Made by a program: the position numbers and the translations under genes. The notes below the pieces were generated by a model. The model was not told the origin of the DNA. It saw nothing but the letters and a program-made list of their open reading frames with translations, and ran no database searches. From NCBI GenBank assembly GCA_030247725.1, contig JAOTRT010000005.1, positions 161,233-225,232 of the forward strand: DNA of 64,000 nucleotides, read 5' to 3'. Of the stretch, positions 8,376 through 15,749 are shown piece by piece (position 1 is the first letter of the stretch; every line of letters starts with the position of its first letter). Source of the stretch: Candidatus Nitricoxidireducens bremensis (lineage in GTDB: Bacteria > Pseudomonadota > Gammaproteobacteria > Burkholderiales > Rhodocyclaceae).

Positions 8376-8675
8376 CTACTCGAAATCAACGTAGGTGTTT
8401 CCCTTGTGTTGGCTGACAGACAGCACGGGCTTTGCGTCGCAGCCTTCGCACCAGAAGAAAACCTTCAGTCCGTGGCGACGAGCGCTAGGGTTGCCCTCAA
8501 GCGAGGTATCAAAGGTAGCCTTGCCGTCTGCAACGGCGACGTGCACTCCGTGGGTTGCATCTTCTCCGCACTCGAAGACTTCCACCCGGTCGTGGTGAAG
8601 GTAATTGAAGCCACAAGACGGACACTGGAGTTCTGCGCCATAGCCTTCGTGGTATTCGCCAAATTTCGGGATCAT
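8376..8675 (-). CDS. cassette ORF, hypothetical Cys4 (CxxC...CxxC) protein
   Basis: Track ORF 8376..8708 trimmed to the ATG at 8675, which is preceded by GGAGGAAAC. 99 aa with CPSC and CEGC pairs, suggesting a zinc ribbon. No family recognised. Confidence 0.55.
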   Translation of the reverse strand: MIPKFGEYHEGYGAELQCPSCGFNYLHHDRVEVFECGEDATHGVHVAVADGKATFDTSLEGNPSARRHGLKVFFWCEGCDAKPVLSVSQHKGNTYVDFE

Positions 8676-8748
8676 GTTTCCTCCAGGATGAGTTCGGTAC
8701 TGCTGCACTTAGTAGAAATGCGGGTCGGCATGCTCAGTGGATGAAGCG

Positions 8749-8818
8749 GCCCAACGTAGAAGTCACCGGCGCTGCGCGGCTTTATCGCGCAGCGTCCGTG
8801 TGGACTGCCGGGTTGGGG
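8749..8818 (-). repeat. attC-like recombination site 3 (70 bp)
   Basis: GCCCAAC gtagaaGTCACCGGCGCTGCGCGGCTTTATCGCGCAGCGTCCgtgtggactgccgg GTTGGGG. It ends 2 nt from the stop of ORF 8821..9198. Confidence 0.75.
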
Positions 8819-8820
8819 GC

Positions 8821-9198
8821 CTATTCATCGCTACTGTTGAATGGATGATGCTCAAGCAACCCCCACATGTCATCGTCTATTTCAGAGCCACGTGCGCCAA
8901 CTTCGAACAACAGCCTTTTGGTTGTTTCGTCATCAGCTCCAATAACCCTGCTGAGCGTGGACAGCTTTCTCCAGCGCTGTGGAAAGCGGGAGTCGTTGAG
9001 CATTGCCTTTAGTAGTACTTTGCGACTATCGTCTAGCTTCTGTCGTGGCCCATCTTGGATTTTGTGGAGAGCGATATTGCCAACGACGGTAACGACAGCA
9101 CCAATTGCAACCCCTGCAAGCCCCACCACAGCCACCCAAAATGAAGTGTCGGCCACAACCTTCTTTGCAATCTCGGCAGCGAGAACTGTTGTTTCCAT
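8821..9198 (-). CDS. cassette ORF, hypothetical membrane-anchored protein
   Basis: 125-aa ORF with one N-terminal TM helix (FWVAVVGLAGVAIGAVVTVVGNIAL) and a charged C-terminal domain. It lies 43 nt downstream of ORF 9242..9652 with no attC between them. Confidence 0.55.
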   Translation of the reverse strand: METTVLAAEIAKKVVADTSFWVAVVGLAGVAIGAVVTVVGNIALHKIQDGPRQKLDDSRKVLLKAMLNDSRFPQRWRKLSTLSRVIGADDETTKRLLFEVGARGSEIDDDMWGLLEHHPFNSSDE

Positions 9199-9241
9199 AA
9201 ATTGACACTCCGTCCCTTACTGGATGCCCATTAGTTGTGTT

Positions 9242-9652
9242 TTATTTCTTTGAGCCATTAGTCGATGAGCTGCATTGATAAGAGACTGCTAGGGCAAGAT
9301 AGGTAACCATCGCGCCTCTGTCGCCTGCGCTACGACGTGCCAATTCAATGAGTTCAGGTTTTGCCCGGAGGACGGATAGCACTTGTCGAGCAACTTCGCT
9401 CGGCATAATTGACTCCTTATCGAAACACGGGTAAGGCAACGGCACTGGCTTCTGGCGCTGAAATGTTGCGGTCATTATCCCGTCAAGAACACCAAGGCAA
9501 TATGCTGCGTGAACCGCATCCTCGCCCAATGTACTTTTGCGTTCCTCGGCAATTGCTGTACAGCCCCTAATCAAATCTGGCGTAAACGCCCATGAGCATG
9601 GCGATACAAAAGTGCTAAGAAAAAGGACAGTAACAAAAAAGGCTTTCATCAT
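9242..9652 (-). CDS. cassette ORF, periplasmic Cys-containing protein (possibly Rap1a/Tai4-like immunity fold)
   Basis: Track ORF 9242..9679 trimmed to ATGATG at 9652, preceded by GGTGAGGAA. Signal peptide MMKAFFVTVLFLSTFVSPCSWA. The pattern AAYCLGVLDGI ... PYPCF ... MPSEVARQVLSVLRAKPEL ... ALAVSYQC recalls Rap1a-type T6SS immunity proteins, from memory and unverified. Confidence 0.5.
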   Translation of the reverse strand: MMKAFFVTVLFLSTFVSPCSWAFTPDLIRGCTAIAEERKSTLGEDAVHAAYCLGVLDGIMTATFQRQKPVPLPYPCFDKESIMPSEVARQVLSVLRAKPELIELARRSAGDRGAMVTYLALAVSYQCSSSTNGSKK

Positions 9653-9705
9653 TTCCTCACCTTGTAGTGGATAGCCCAACGAATTGAGGATTCCATATTG
9701 AAGGC

Positions 9706-9775
9706 CCCCAACGTGGAGGTAACCGGCGCTGCGCGGCTTTATCGCGCAGCGTCCGTGTTGACCGAAAGGTTATGC
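9706..9775 (-). repeat. attC-like recombination site 4 (70 bp)
   Basis: CCCCAAC gtggagGTAACCGGCGCTGCGCGGCTTTATCGCGCAGCGTCCgtgttgaccgaaag GTTATGC. Nearly identical core to sites 1 and 3. It lies 21 nt after the mgtC stop. Confidence 0.75.
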
Positions 9776-9796
9776 ATCGATGCCACCGCTGCTCTA

Positions 9797-10489
9797 TCAA
9801 TCACCCGTTGGCGAAATGCGGAAGGCACGAACGGTCTCCAGTTGGCGCAGAGAAACAGCAAGCGCCGAGAGGTTTTCCGGGTTGATGGTGCGAATGACCA
9901 TTCGGTACTCAAACGAAAGTCGATCATCTGAAACCCGGTAGCTCATGTTGGCAACCGTGAAGCCGTTTTGCTCCAAGAACGCTCTTAGCTCGGGTTCTGG
10001 CATGACGTTACTTCGATCAAAGCGAACGAAGTGATGGGCATAGTAATGGGATGGTAGTTTCGCTTCGATCCAGCGGAAGAACGAAAGAGTTCCGATGGTA
10101 AAAGCTGTAGCAAGGACGGCTGGTGCATAGAACCCAATGCCAAGCAAAATTCCGATGGCTGCGGTAATCCAAATCGAGGCAGCCGTTGTTAAGCCGCGAA
10201 CCGAAAGCCCTTCCTTGAAAATCACGCCCGCGCCCAGAAAGCCGATACCGGTCATGATCCCCTGGGCCATGCGCGTTGGGTCCGTTCGTACAGTGTCGAG
10301 TGGAACGCCCGGCAGCCACTGCCACTGATAGAGCGTGACCAGCATTAGCAGGCTGGAAGCAAGACACACAAGCGTATGAGTGCGAAAACCTGCCGGCCGA
10401 CCGTGAAAGCTTCTCTCAAGCCCAATAATTCCTCCAGCCAGGAGTGCTGCTGTGAGGTGGACAAAGATTTTGAGAAAGTCGGTATCCAT
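9797..10489 (-). CDS. mgtC: MgtC/SapB family membrane protein
   Basis: 230-aa ORF. LLAGGIIGLERSFHGRPAGFRTHTLVCLASS and GIGFLGAGVIF are hallmark MgtC motifs. An ACT-like C-terminal domain is present. Confidence 0.85.
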   Translation of the reverse strand: MDTDFLKIFVHLTAALLAGGIIGLERSFHGRPAGFRTHTLVCLASSLLMLVTLYQWQWLPGVPLDTVRTDPTRMAQGIMTGIGFLGAGVIFKEGLSVRGLTTAASIWITAAIGILLGIGFYAPAVLATAFTIGTLSFFRWIEAKLPSHYYAHHFVRFDRSNVMPEPELRAFLEQNGFTVANMSYRVSDDRLSFEYRMVIRTINPENLSALAVSLRQLETVRAFRISPTGD

Positions 10490-10795
10490 CGCTTGCCTCC
10501 GAGTTTAGCTGAGCACCGTCTTCGATGCATAACGTAAAGTCTGCCGCCTAAAATTTGACGGAAAGCTTCCCGTCATTCGAGACGAATAAAACGGCGGCGC
10601 GGGAATGGATTCGATGTCGATCAACACGTTGCGAAATTTTAGTGGCACCTAAAAGTCGCCGCCACAGGCGGCGTCCGATCCGTTCGCTACAACTATGAAT
10701 CCGGGATAGTCCGCATCCTGCCATCACTCCCACAGAATGACAACGGCGAGCACCACGACCCGGGGGTTTAGCCCACCCACGCACCCATGCCCAAA

Positions 10796-10876
10796 GCGAT
10801 GGGGCGGGGTGGTCCCGGGCGAGGCATTCGACGCTTCTCAGTCGCTAACGAGTCCGGGACCACCCCGCCCCATCGC
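10796..10876. repeat. perfect 23-bp inverted repeat with 35-nt spacer
   Basis: GCGATGGGGCGGGGTGGTCCCGG (10796-10818) and its exact reverse complement (10854-10876). It lies 20 nt downstream of the dctM stop and at the right edge of the low-GC island. Confidence 0.8.
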
Positions 10877-10896
10877 GCTCCGCAGCGAAATCCAAC

Positions 10897-12213
10897 CTAC
10901 CCCATCCACCGCACCAGAAACAGGCTGACGGAAGGAAACATCAGCAGCAGCAGAATCCGGAAGGCATCCGAGACAAGAAACGGCATCACGCCACGATAGG
11001 TCTCCGCCATCGGCACATCCCGCGCCAGGCCGTGGATGACGTAGACGTTCAGCCCCACCGGCGGCGCGATGAGGCCCACCTCGACGACCATCAGCACCAG
11101 GATGCCGAACCAGATCGCTTTGTCGGCGGCGGCCAGGCCCCAGAGGTCCAGTCCCATAACGGCGGGGAAGAGCACCGGGATGGTCAGTACGATCATCGCC
11201 AGCTCGTCCATCACGGCGCCGAGCAGGATGTAGAAGACGAGGATCGCCGCCACCACCAGCAGGGGCGGCACGTCCAGCGTCGCCACCGCCTGGGCCACCT
11301 GGGCCGGCACCTGGGAAAGGGCGAGGGTCGCGTTGAGCATGTCGGCGCCGATGAAGATCAGGAACACCATGGCCGTGGTTTCGGCGGTGCCGAGGAAGCA
11401 GCGGCCCAGGGTCGCGACGCCCAGTTCCCCCCGCGCCAGGGCCATGACCAGGGTCGCGGCAGCGCCGACGGCCGCGCCCTCGGTGGGGGTGAACAGCCCG
11501 CCGTAGATGCCGCCGAAGACGACGACGAAGATCGCCAGCACGGGCCACACGGCGGCCAGCTCTCGCCAGTGGCTGCCGGGCTCGGGGGCCGGCGGCGGCG
11601 CCAGCTCGGGATGCCGGCGCACCTGCACGGCAATGGCGACGACGTAGCCGACGGCCGCAATGAAGCCCGGCACCAGCGCGGCGGCGAAAAGCTTGCCGAC
11701 GCTCTGCTCGGCCAGGATCGCGTAGATCACCAGCACCACCGAGGGCGGGATCAGGATGCCCAGGGTGCCGCCGGCCGCCAGCGTCGCCGTGGCGAGCCGG
11801 CCCGAATAGCCGGCGCGGCGCATCTCCGGCAGAGCCACCTGGCCGATGGTGGCGGCGGTGGCCACCGAGGAGCCGCAAATGGCGCCGAAGGCCGCGCAGG
11901 CCAGCACGGCGGCCATGGCCATGCCGCCGCGCAGGCGGCCCACCACAGCGTTGGCGGCGCGGAACAGGTCCCGCGACAGGCCGCCCTGGCTGGCGAACTG
12001 GCCCATGAGCAGAAACAGGGGAATCACCGTCAGGTCGTAATTGGAGAAGCGCGCCCACACGGCGCCCTTGAGATGGGCCAGCAGGGGCGCCTCCCCGGCC
12101 AGCAGCCAGTAGCCGACGGCGCCGGGCACGAACATGGCGGCGGCGATGGGCACCCGCAGGGCCATCAGCGCCAGCATGGCGCCGAACACCGAGAGGGCGA
12201 CGGTCACGGCCAC
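10897..12213 (-). CDS. dctM: TRAP transporter large permease
   Basis: Track ORF 10897..12501 trimmed to the GTG at 12213, which overlaps the dctQ stop. Polytopic DctM-like sequence (IPLFLLMGQFASQGG, CGSSVATAATIG, PPVGLNVYV). Confidence 0.9.
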   Translation of the reverse strand: MAVTVALSVFGAMLALMALRVPIAAAMFVPGAVGYWLLAGEAPLLAHLKGAVWARFSNYDLTVIPLFLLMGQFASQGGLSRDLFRAANAVVGRLRGGMAMAAVLACAAFGAICGSSVATAATIGQVALPEMRRAGYSGRLATATLAAGGTLGILIPPSVVLVIYAILAEQSVGKLFAAALVPGFIAAVGYVVAIAVQVRRHPELAPPPAPEPGSHWRELAAVWPVLAIFVVVFGGIYGGLFTPTEGAAVGAAATLVMALARGELGVATLGRCFLGTAETTAMVFLIFIGADMLNATLALSQVPAQVAQAVATLDVPPLLVVAAILVFYILLGAVMDELAMIVLTIPVLFPAVMGLDLWGLAAADKAIWFGILVLMVVEVGLIAPPVGLNVYVIHGLARDVPMAETYRGVMPFLVSDAFRILLLLMFPSVSLFLVRWMG

Positions 12214-12716
12214 CGGTAACTCCGGCGCCAGTCGTGGGCGGCCCCGTACAGGGCGGCGACGCCGGCCAGCGCCAGTCCCGGCACCGCCGCCGCGTAGCCG
12301 AGCCAGAGGGGAAAGCCGAGGATCATGGTGGTCTCGCCGGCGGCGAACATGTCCGCCGCGCCGACGCCGGTGCGCCAGGCCAGCAGCCCGCACACCAGGG
12401 CGAGGATCAGCGCGCCGAGGGCATCGAGGCGGATCTGCCGGCGCGGCGCCAGCCGGGTGGTGAAGAAGTCCACGGCGATGTGGCCGCGATGGAGCTGGCA
12501 CCAGGGCAGGCAGAGGGACACGGCGACGGCGACGGCGATCTGGGCCAGCTCGTAGTCGCCGGGTACGGGCGCGTCGCAGCAGGCGCGGCCGGCGATGCTG
12601 CCGACCACCGCGAGGGCGAGGCCCGCCAGCAGCAGGCCGCCGAGGACGGCGCAGGCGCGGCAGGCCAGGTCCAGCGCGCGGCCGACGGCGCCGCCGGCGG
12701 CGGCAGGCCCGTTCAT
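12204..12716 (-). CDS. dctQ: TRAP transporter small permease
   Basis: The ATG at 12716 overlaps the dctP stop (ATGA). 170 aa with four hydrophobic helices and a HIAVDFF motif. Confidence 0.8.
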   Translation of the reverse strand: MNGPAAAGGAVGRALDLACRACAVLGGLLLAGLALAVVGSIAGRACCDAPVPGDYELAQIAVAVAVSLCLPWCQLHRGHIAVDFFTTRLAPRRQIRLDALGALILALVCGLLAWRTGVGAADMFAAGETTMILGFPLWLGYAAAVPGLALAGVAALYGAAHDWRRSYRWP

Positions 12717-13735
12717 TTGCGGGCGTGCTTGGCGATCAGGCCCTTCGCCGCGGCCAGCAGCTTCGCGCCGTCGTGGCCCTTCTTGCCGACTTCGACGACC
12801 CATTGGTCGTCGATGCGGTCCGTCGCCTTCTTCCAGCGCTCCAGTTCGGCGGCGGGGATCACGTTGATGGCGTTGCCGTGGTCGGCCACGGCCTTGCGGC
12901 CGGCGGCCTTCGCCTCGTCGTAGATGCGTCCGCCCCAGGCCGAGAGTTCGATGCCGCTGTTGGCGTCCACGACCTTCTTCAGGTCCGGCGGCAGGGACTC
13001 GTACTTGGCCTTGTTCATGGCGATCATGAACACCGAGGTGTAGAGGGCCGGCATGGCGGCATCGGTTTCGGAAGCGTAGCGGGTCGCTTCCTGGATCTTC
13101 AGGGCCGGCACCACTTCGTAGGGCAGCAGGGCGCCGTCGATGACGCCCTTGGCGAGGGATTCCGCCACCTGGGGCACGGGCATGCCCAGGGGCGTGGCGC
13201 CGAGGGCGGCCAGGGTCTTGTTGGCGATGCGCGTAGGCGCCCGGACCTTGAGGCCCCGCAGGTCGGCCATCCGCACTACCGGCCGCTTGTTGAGGAAGAA
13301 GTAGCCCGGCTCGTGGGTATGGAAGGCCAGGGGCTTCACGTCCTTGAACTCGGCCTGGGCGTGGGCCTGGGCGTAGTCCCAGACGGCGCGGCTCGCGCTT
13401 TCCGCGTCGCGGATCATGAAGGGCAGCTCGAAGACCTCGATCATCGGGAAGCGGCCGGCCGAGTAGCCCAGCAGGGTCCAGCTGATGTCGGCGACGCCGT
13501 CCTTGGCCTGGTCGAAGAGCTGGGGCGGCGCGCCGCCGAGCTGCATGGCCGGGAAGATCTGGCACTTGAGGCGGCCGGCCGATTCCTTCGCCAGACGCTC
13601 GCACCAGGGCACCAGCAGCTTGGCCTGGATGGTGGAGCCGGGCGGCAGGAAGTGGTGCACCTTGAGGACGACTTCCTCGGCGCGGGCGGCGCAGGAAAAG
13701 GCGGCGAGGAGCAGGAGGAGAAGGCTGCGTTTCAT
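12713..13735 (-). CDS. dctP: TRAP transporter substrate-binding protein
   Basis: 340-aa ORF with a signal peptide. DctP-family sequence (LKVHHFLPP..., GLKVRAPT, LYTSVF). Confidence 0.9.
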   Translation of the reverse strand: MKRSLLLLLLAAFSCAARAEEVVLKVHHFLPPGSTIQAKLLVPWCERLAKESAGRLKCQIFPAMQLGGAPPQLFDQAKDGVADISWTLLGYSAGRFPMIEVFELPFMIRDAESASRAVWDYAQAHAQAEFKDVKPLAFHTHEPGYFFLNKRPVVRMADLRGLKVRAPTRIANKTLAALGATPLGMPVPQVAESLAKGVIDGALLPYEVVPALKIQEATRYASETDAAMPALYTSVFMIAMNKAKYESLPPDLKKVVDANSGIELSAWGGRIYDEAKAAGRKAVADHGNAINVIPAAELERWKKATDRIDDQWVVEVGKKGHDGAKLLAAAKGLIAKHARK

Positions 13736-14352
13736 GGCGAATGCTCGAACCGGGCCAGCTGGCGGTCGTGCATTCTACCCAACAGGATCAGGGCGCCGCA
13801 AGCGCCGACGCCCGCCAGCGCCATGTCCCACTGGGTGTCCCAGGGGTCGCCCTGGGTGGCGAGGAAGGCGTCGGCATCGGCGCCGATGGCGAGCGCCGTC
13901 CACCATTCGAGGAATTCGTAGCAGGCCGAGATGGCGAGGCAGACGCAGACGATGAGGAAGGCGCGCCAGCGCGGACCGTTCACCACGCGGTGACGCAGGA
14001 GGATTTCCCGCGCCGCCATGGCCGGCACGAAGCCCTGCATGAAGTGGCCGAGGCGGTCGTAGGGGTTGCGCGTCAGGGCGAAGGTCTCCCGCAGCCAGTC
14101 GCCGAAGGGCGTGAGGGCATAGGTGTAGGCGCCGCCGTAGATCAGCACCAGGGCGTGCAGGGCAATCAGGACATAGAGCAGCGGCGTCAGCGGAAAGCGG
14201 CGGAAGGTGGCGGCCAGCACCGCCAGGACGATCATGGCCGGCAGGGTTTCCAGCAGCCAGGTGGGGCGGTCGTGGGGATGGAGGCCGGAGACGACCAGGG
14301 CGGCGGCGACGACGGCACCGAGGAGCGCCGGCAGCCGCGCCTCATTCGGCAT
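13732..14352 (-). CDS. DUF2238 (YjdF-like) inner membrane protein
   Basis: 206-aa polytopic ORF. NPYDRLGHFMQGFVPA and CYEFLEWW motifs are typical of the YjdF family. Start and stop overlap the neighbouring genes. Confidence 0.7.
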   Translation of the reverse strand: MPNEARLPALLGAVVAAALVVSGLHPHDRPTWLLETLPAMIVLAVLAATFRRFPLTPLLYVLIALHALVLIYGGAYTYALTPFGDWLRETFALTRNPYDRLGHFMQGFVPAMAAREILLRHRVVNGPRWRAFLIVCVCLAISACYEFLEWWTALAIGADADAFLATQGDPWDTQWDMALAGVGACGALILLGRMHDRQLARFEHSP

Positions 14353-14989
14353 CGGGCTGGCGGCTCGGTGCCGCGGCGGCGAAGGCGGGCAGGTTGAGGC
14401 AGGCTTCGTTGATGCGCATCACGGTCGGCAGCTGGTCGAGATGGCAGTCGAAGCGACGGGCGTTGAACACCTGGGGCACCAGGCAGAGGTCGGCCATGGT
14501 CGGGCTGTCGCCGTGGCAGAAGGTGCCCGTGCGCAGGTCGGCGGCCAGCAGGGCCTCGACGGCGGCGAGCCCCTGCTCCGTCCAGTAGCGGTACCAGGCG
14601 GTCTTGGCGGCTTCGTCCACATGCAGGTTCCGGCTCAGGTACTGGAGCACCCGCAGGTTGTTGAGGGGGTGGATGTCGCAGGCGATGCTCTGGGCGATGG
14701 CGCGCACGCGGGCGCGGCCGGCGGCGTCCCGGGGCAGCAGGGGCGGCTCGGGGTGGGTTTCCTCCAGGTACTCGACGATGGCGAGGGACTGGGTGAACAC
14801 CTGGCCGTGGTCGTCGAGCACGGGCACCTGGCCGGCCGGATTGAGGGCGCGGAATTCCGGCCCATGCTGACGGCCGCCGTCCCGCACCAGATGGACGGGC
14901 ACCGTCTCGTACGCCAGGCCCTTGAGGTTCAGGGCGATGCGCACCCGGTAGCTGGCCGAGCTGCGGAAGTAGCTGTAGAGCCGGAGCAC
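14342..14989 (-). CDS. maiA: maleylacetoacetate/maleylpyruvate isomerase (GST zeta class)
   Basis: 215-aa ORF. LYSYFRSSASYRVRIALNLKG, NPAGQVPVL and SLAIVEYLEE are zeta-GST signature regions. Confidence 0.85.
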   Translation of the reverse strand: MLRLYSYFRSSASYRVRIALNLKGLAYETVPVHLVRDGGRQHGPEFRALNPAGQVPVLDDHGQVFTQSLAIVEYLEETHPEPPLLPRDAAGRARVRAIAQSIACDIHPLNNLRVLQYLSRNLHVDEAAKTAWYRYWTEQGLAAVEALLAADLRTGTFCHGDSPTMADLCLVPQVFNARRFDCHLDQLPTVMRINEACLNLPAFAAAAPSRQPDAE

Positions 14990-15001
14990 GGCGGCGACCT
15001 C

Positions 15002-15694
15002 CTAGACGATGCGGACGGACAGTTGGCCGATGCCGTCCACGCTGCCGACCAGGCGGTCGCCGCGCTGGACGGGGCCGACGCCGGCCGGCGTGCCGGTGAA
15101 CAGCAGGTCGCCGGCCTGGAGTTCGAAGTACTCGGAGAGGATGGCGACGATCTCGGGCACGGACCAGATCATGTCGGCCAGGTCGCCGCGCTGGCGCTCG
15201 ACGCCGTTCACTTCGAGGCGGATGGCGCCCCGCTCCAGGGGGCCGACGGCGGTGGCCCGGTGGATGGGGCCGATGGGGGCGGACTGGTCGAAGCCCTTGG
15301 CCACGTCCCAGGGGCGGCCCAGCTTCTTGAGCTCGGCCTGGAGGTCGCGCCGCGTCATGTCCAGGCCGACGGCGTAACCGTAGATGTGGCGGCCCGCGTC
15401 CTCCGCCGCGATGTTGCGCCCGCCGAGACCGAGGGCGACGACGAGTTCGATCTCGTGGTGCAGGTCGGCCGTCTTGGGCGGATAGCTCATGGCGCCTTCG
15501 CCGCCGATGGGTGCCGGCAACACGGCGTCGGCGGGCTTGGTGAAGAAGAAGGGCGCCTCGCGGCCGGTGCCGCCCATCTCCTTGGCGTGCTCGGCGTAGT
15601 TGCGGGCGACGCAGAAGATGCGGCGCACGGGAAAGCCCTGGTCGCTGCCGGCGATGGGGACGAGGGTCTTGACGATGGAAAACGCGGGCTGCAT
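15002..15694 (-). CDS. fumarylacetoacetate hydrolase (FAH) family protein, short type
   Basis: The ATG at 15694 lies within track ORF 15002..16006. 230 aa with RIFCVARNYAEHAKE, HHEIELVVALG and GDLLFTGTPAGVG. Confidence 0.85.
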   Translation of the reverse strand: MQPAFSIVKTLVPIAGSDQGFPVRRIFCVARNYAEHAKEMGGTGREAPFFFTKPADAVLPAPIGGEGAMSYPPKTADLHHEIELVVALGLGGRNIAAEDAGRHIYGYAVGLDMTRRDLQAELKKLGRPWDVAKGFDQSAPIGPIHRATAVGPLERGAIRLEVNGVERQRGDLADMIWSVPEIVAILSEYFELQAGDLLFTGTPAGVGPVQRGDRLVGSVDGIGQLSVRIV

Positions 15695-15749
15695 GCAAAC
15701 TCCAGGAACACGGCCGGGGAAGCCCGGCGGCAGGATAGGAGCGCCGAGT

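Larger units (their letters stand above)
6797..10897 (-). mobile_element. integron-type gene-cassette array / low-GC island, no integrase in window (CALIN-like)
   Basis: G+C is visibly lower than in both flanks. Four attC-like palindromes each follow a short minus-strand ORF. A TA module lies at one end and an MgtC gene at the other. Flanking genes are ordinary high-GC chromosomal genes. Confidence 0.6.

Noticed and set aside
7614-9775. Possibility that the four repeats are a CRISPR array
   Set aside because: The repeats are 67-88 bp internally palindromic units spaced 370-890 bp apart, with ORFs between them. CRISPR repeats are 25-40 bp with 25-40 bp spacers, and no cas genes are present.
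10490-10896. Search for an integron integrase or its remnant next to the array (including ORFs 10548..10784 minus and 10737..10928 plus)
   Set aside because: No tyrosine-recombinase motifs (R..HxxR..Y box) appear in any frame. The small ORFs here translate to low-complexity sequence, so no intI call was made.
6797-10897. 8-bp terminal inverted repeat GGTTGGAT (6797-6804) / ATCCAACC (10890-10897) at the two edges of the low-GC island; both read as GTTRRRY-type core sites
   Set aside because: An 8-mer match within the roughly 100-nt boundary zones is not statistically compelling; my rough estimate is a 10-20% chance. The right copy overlaps the dctM stop codon. It is noted but not claimed as island ends or att sites.
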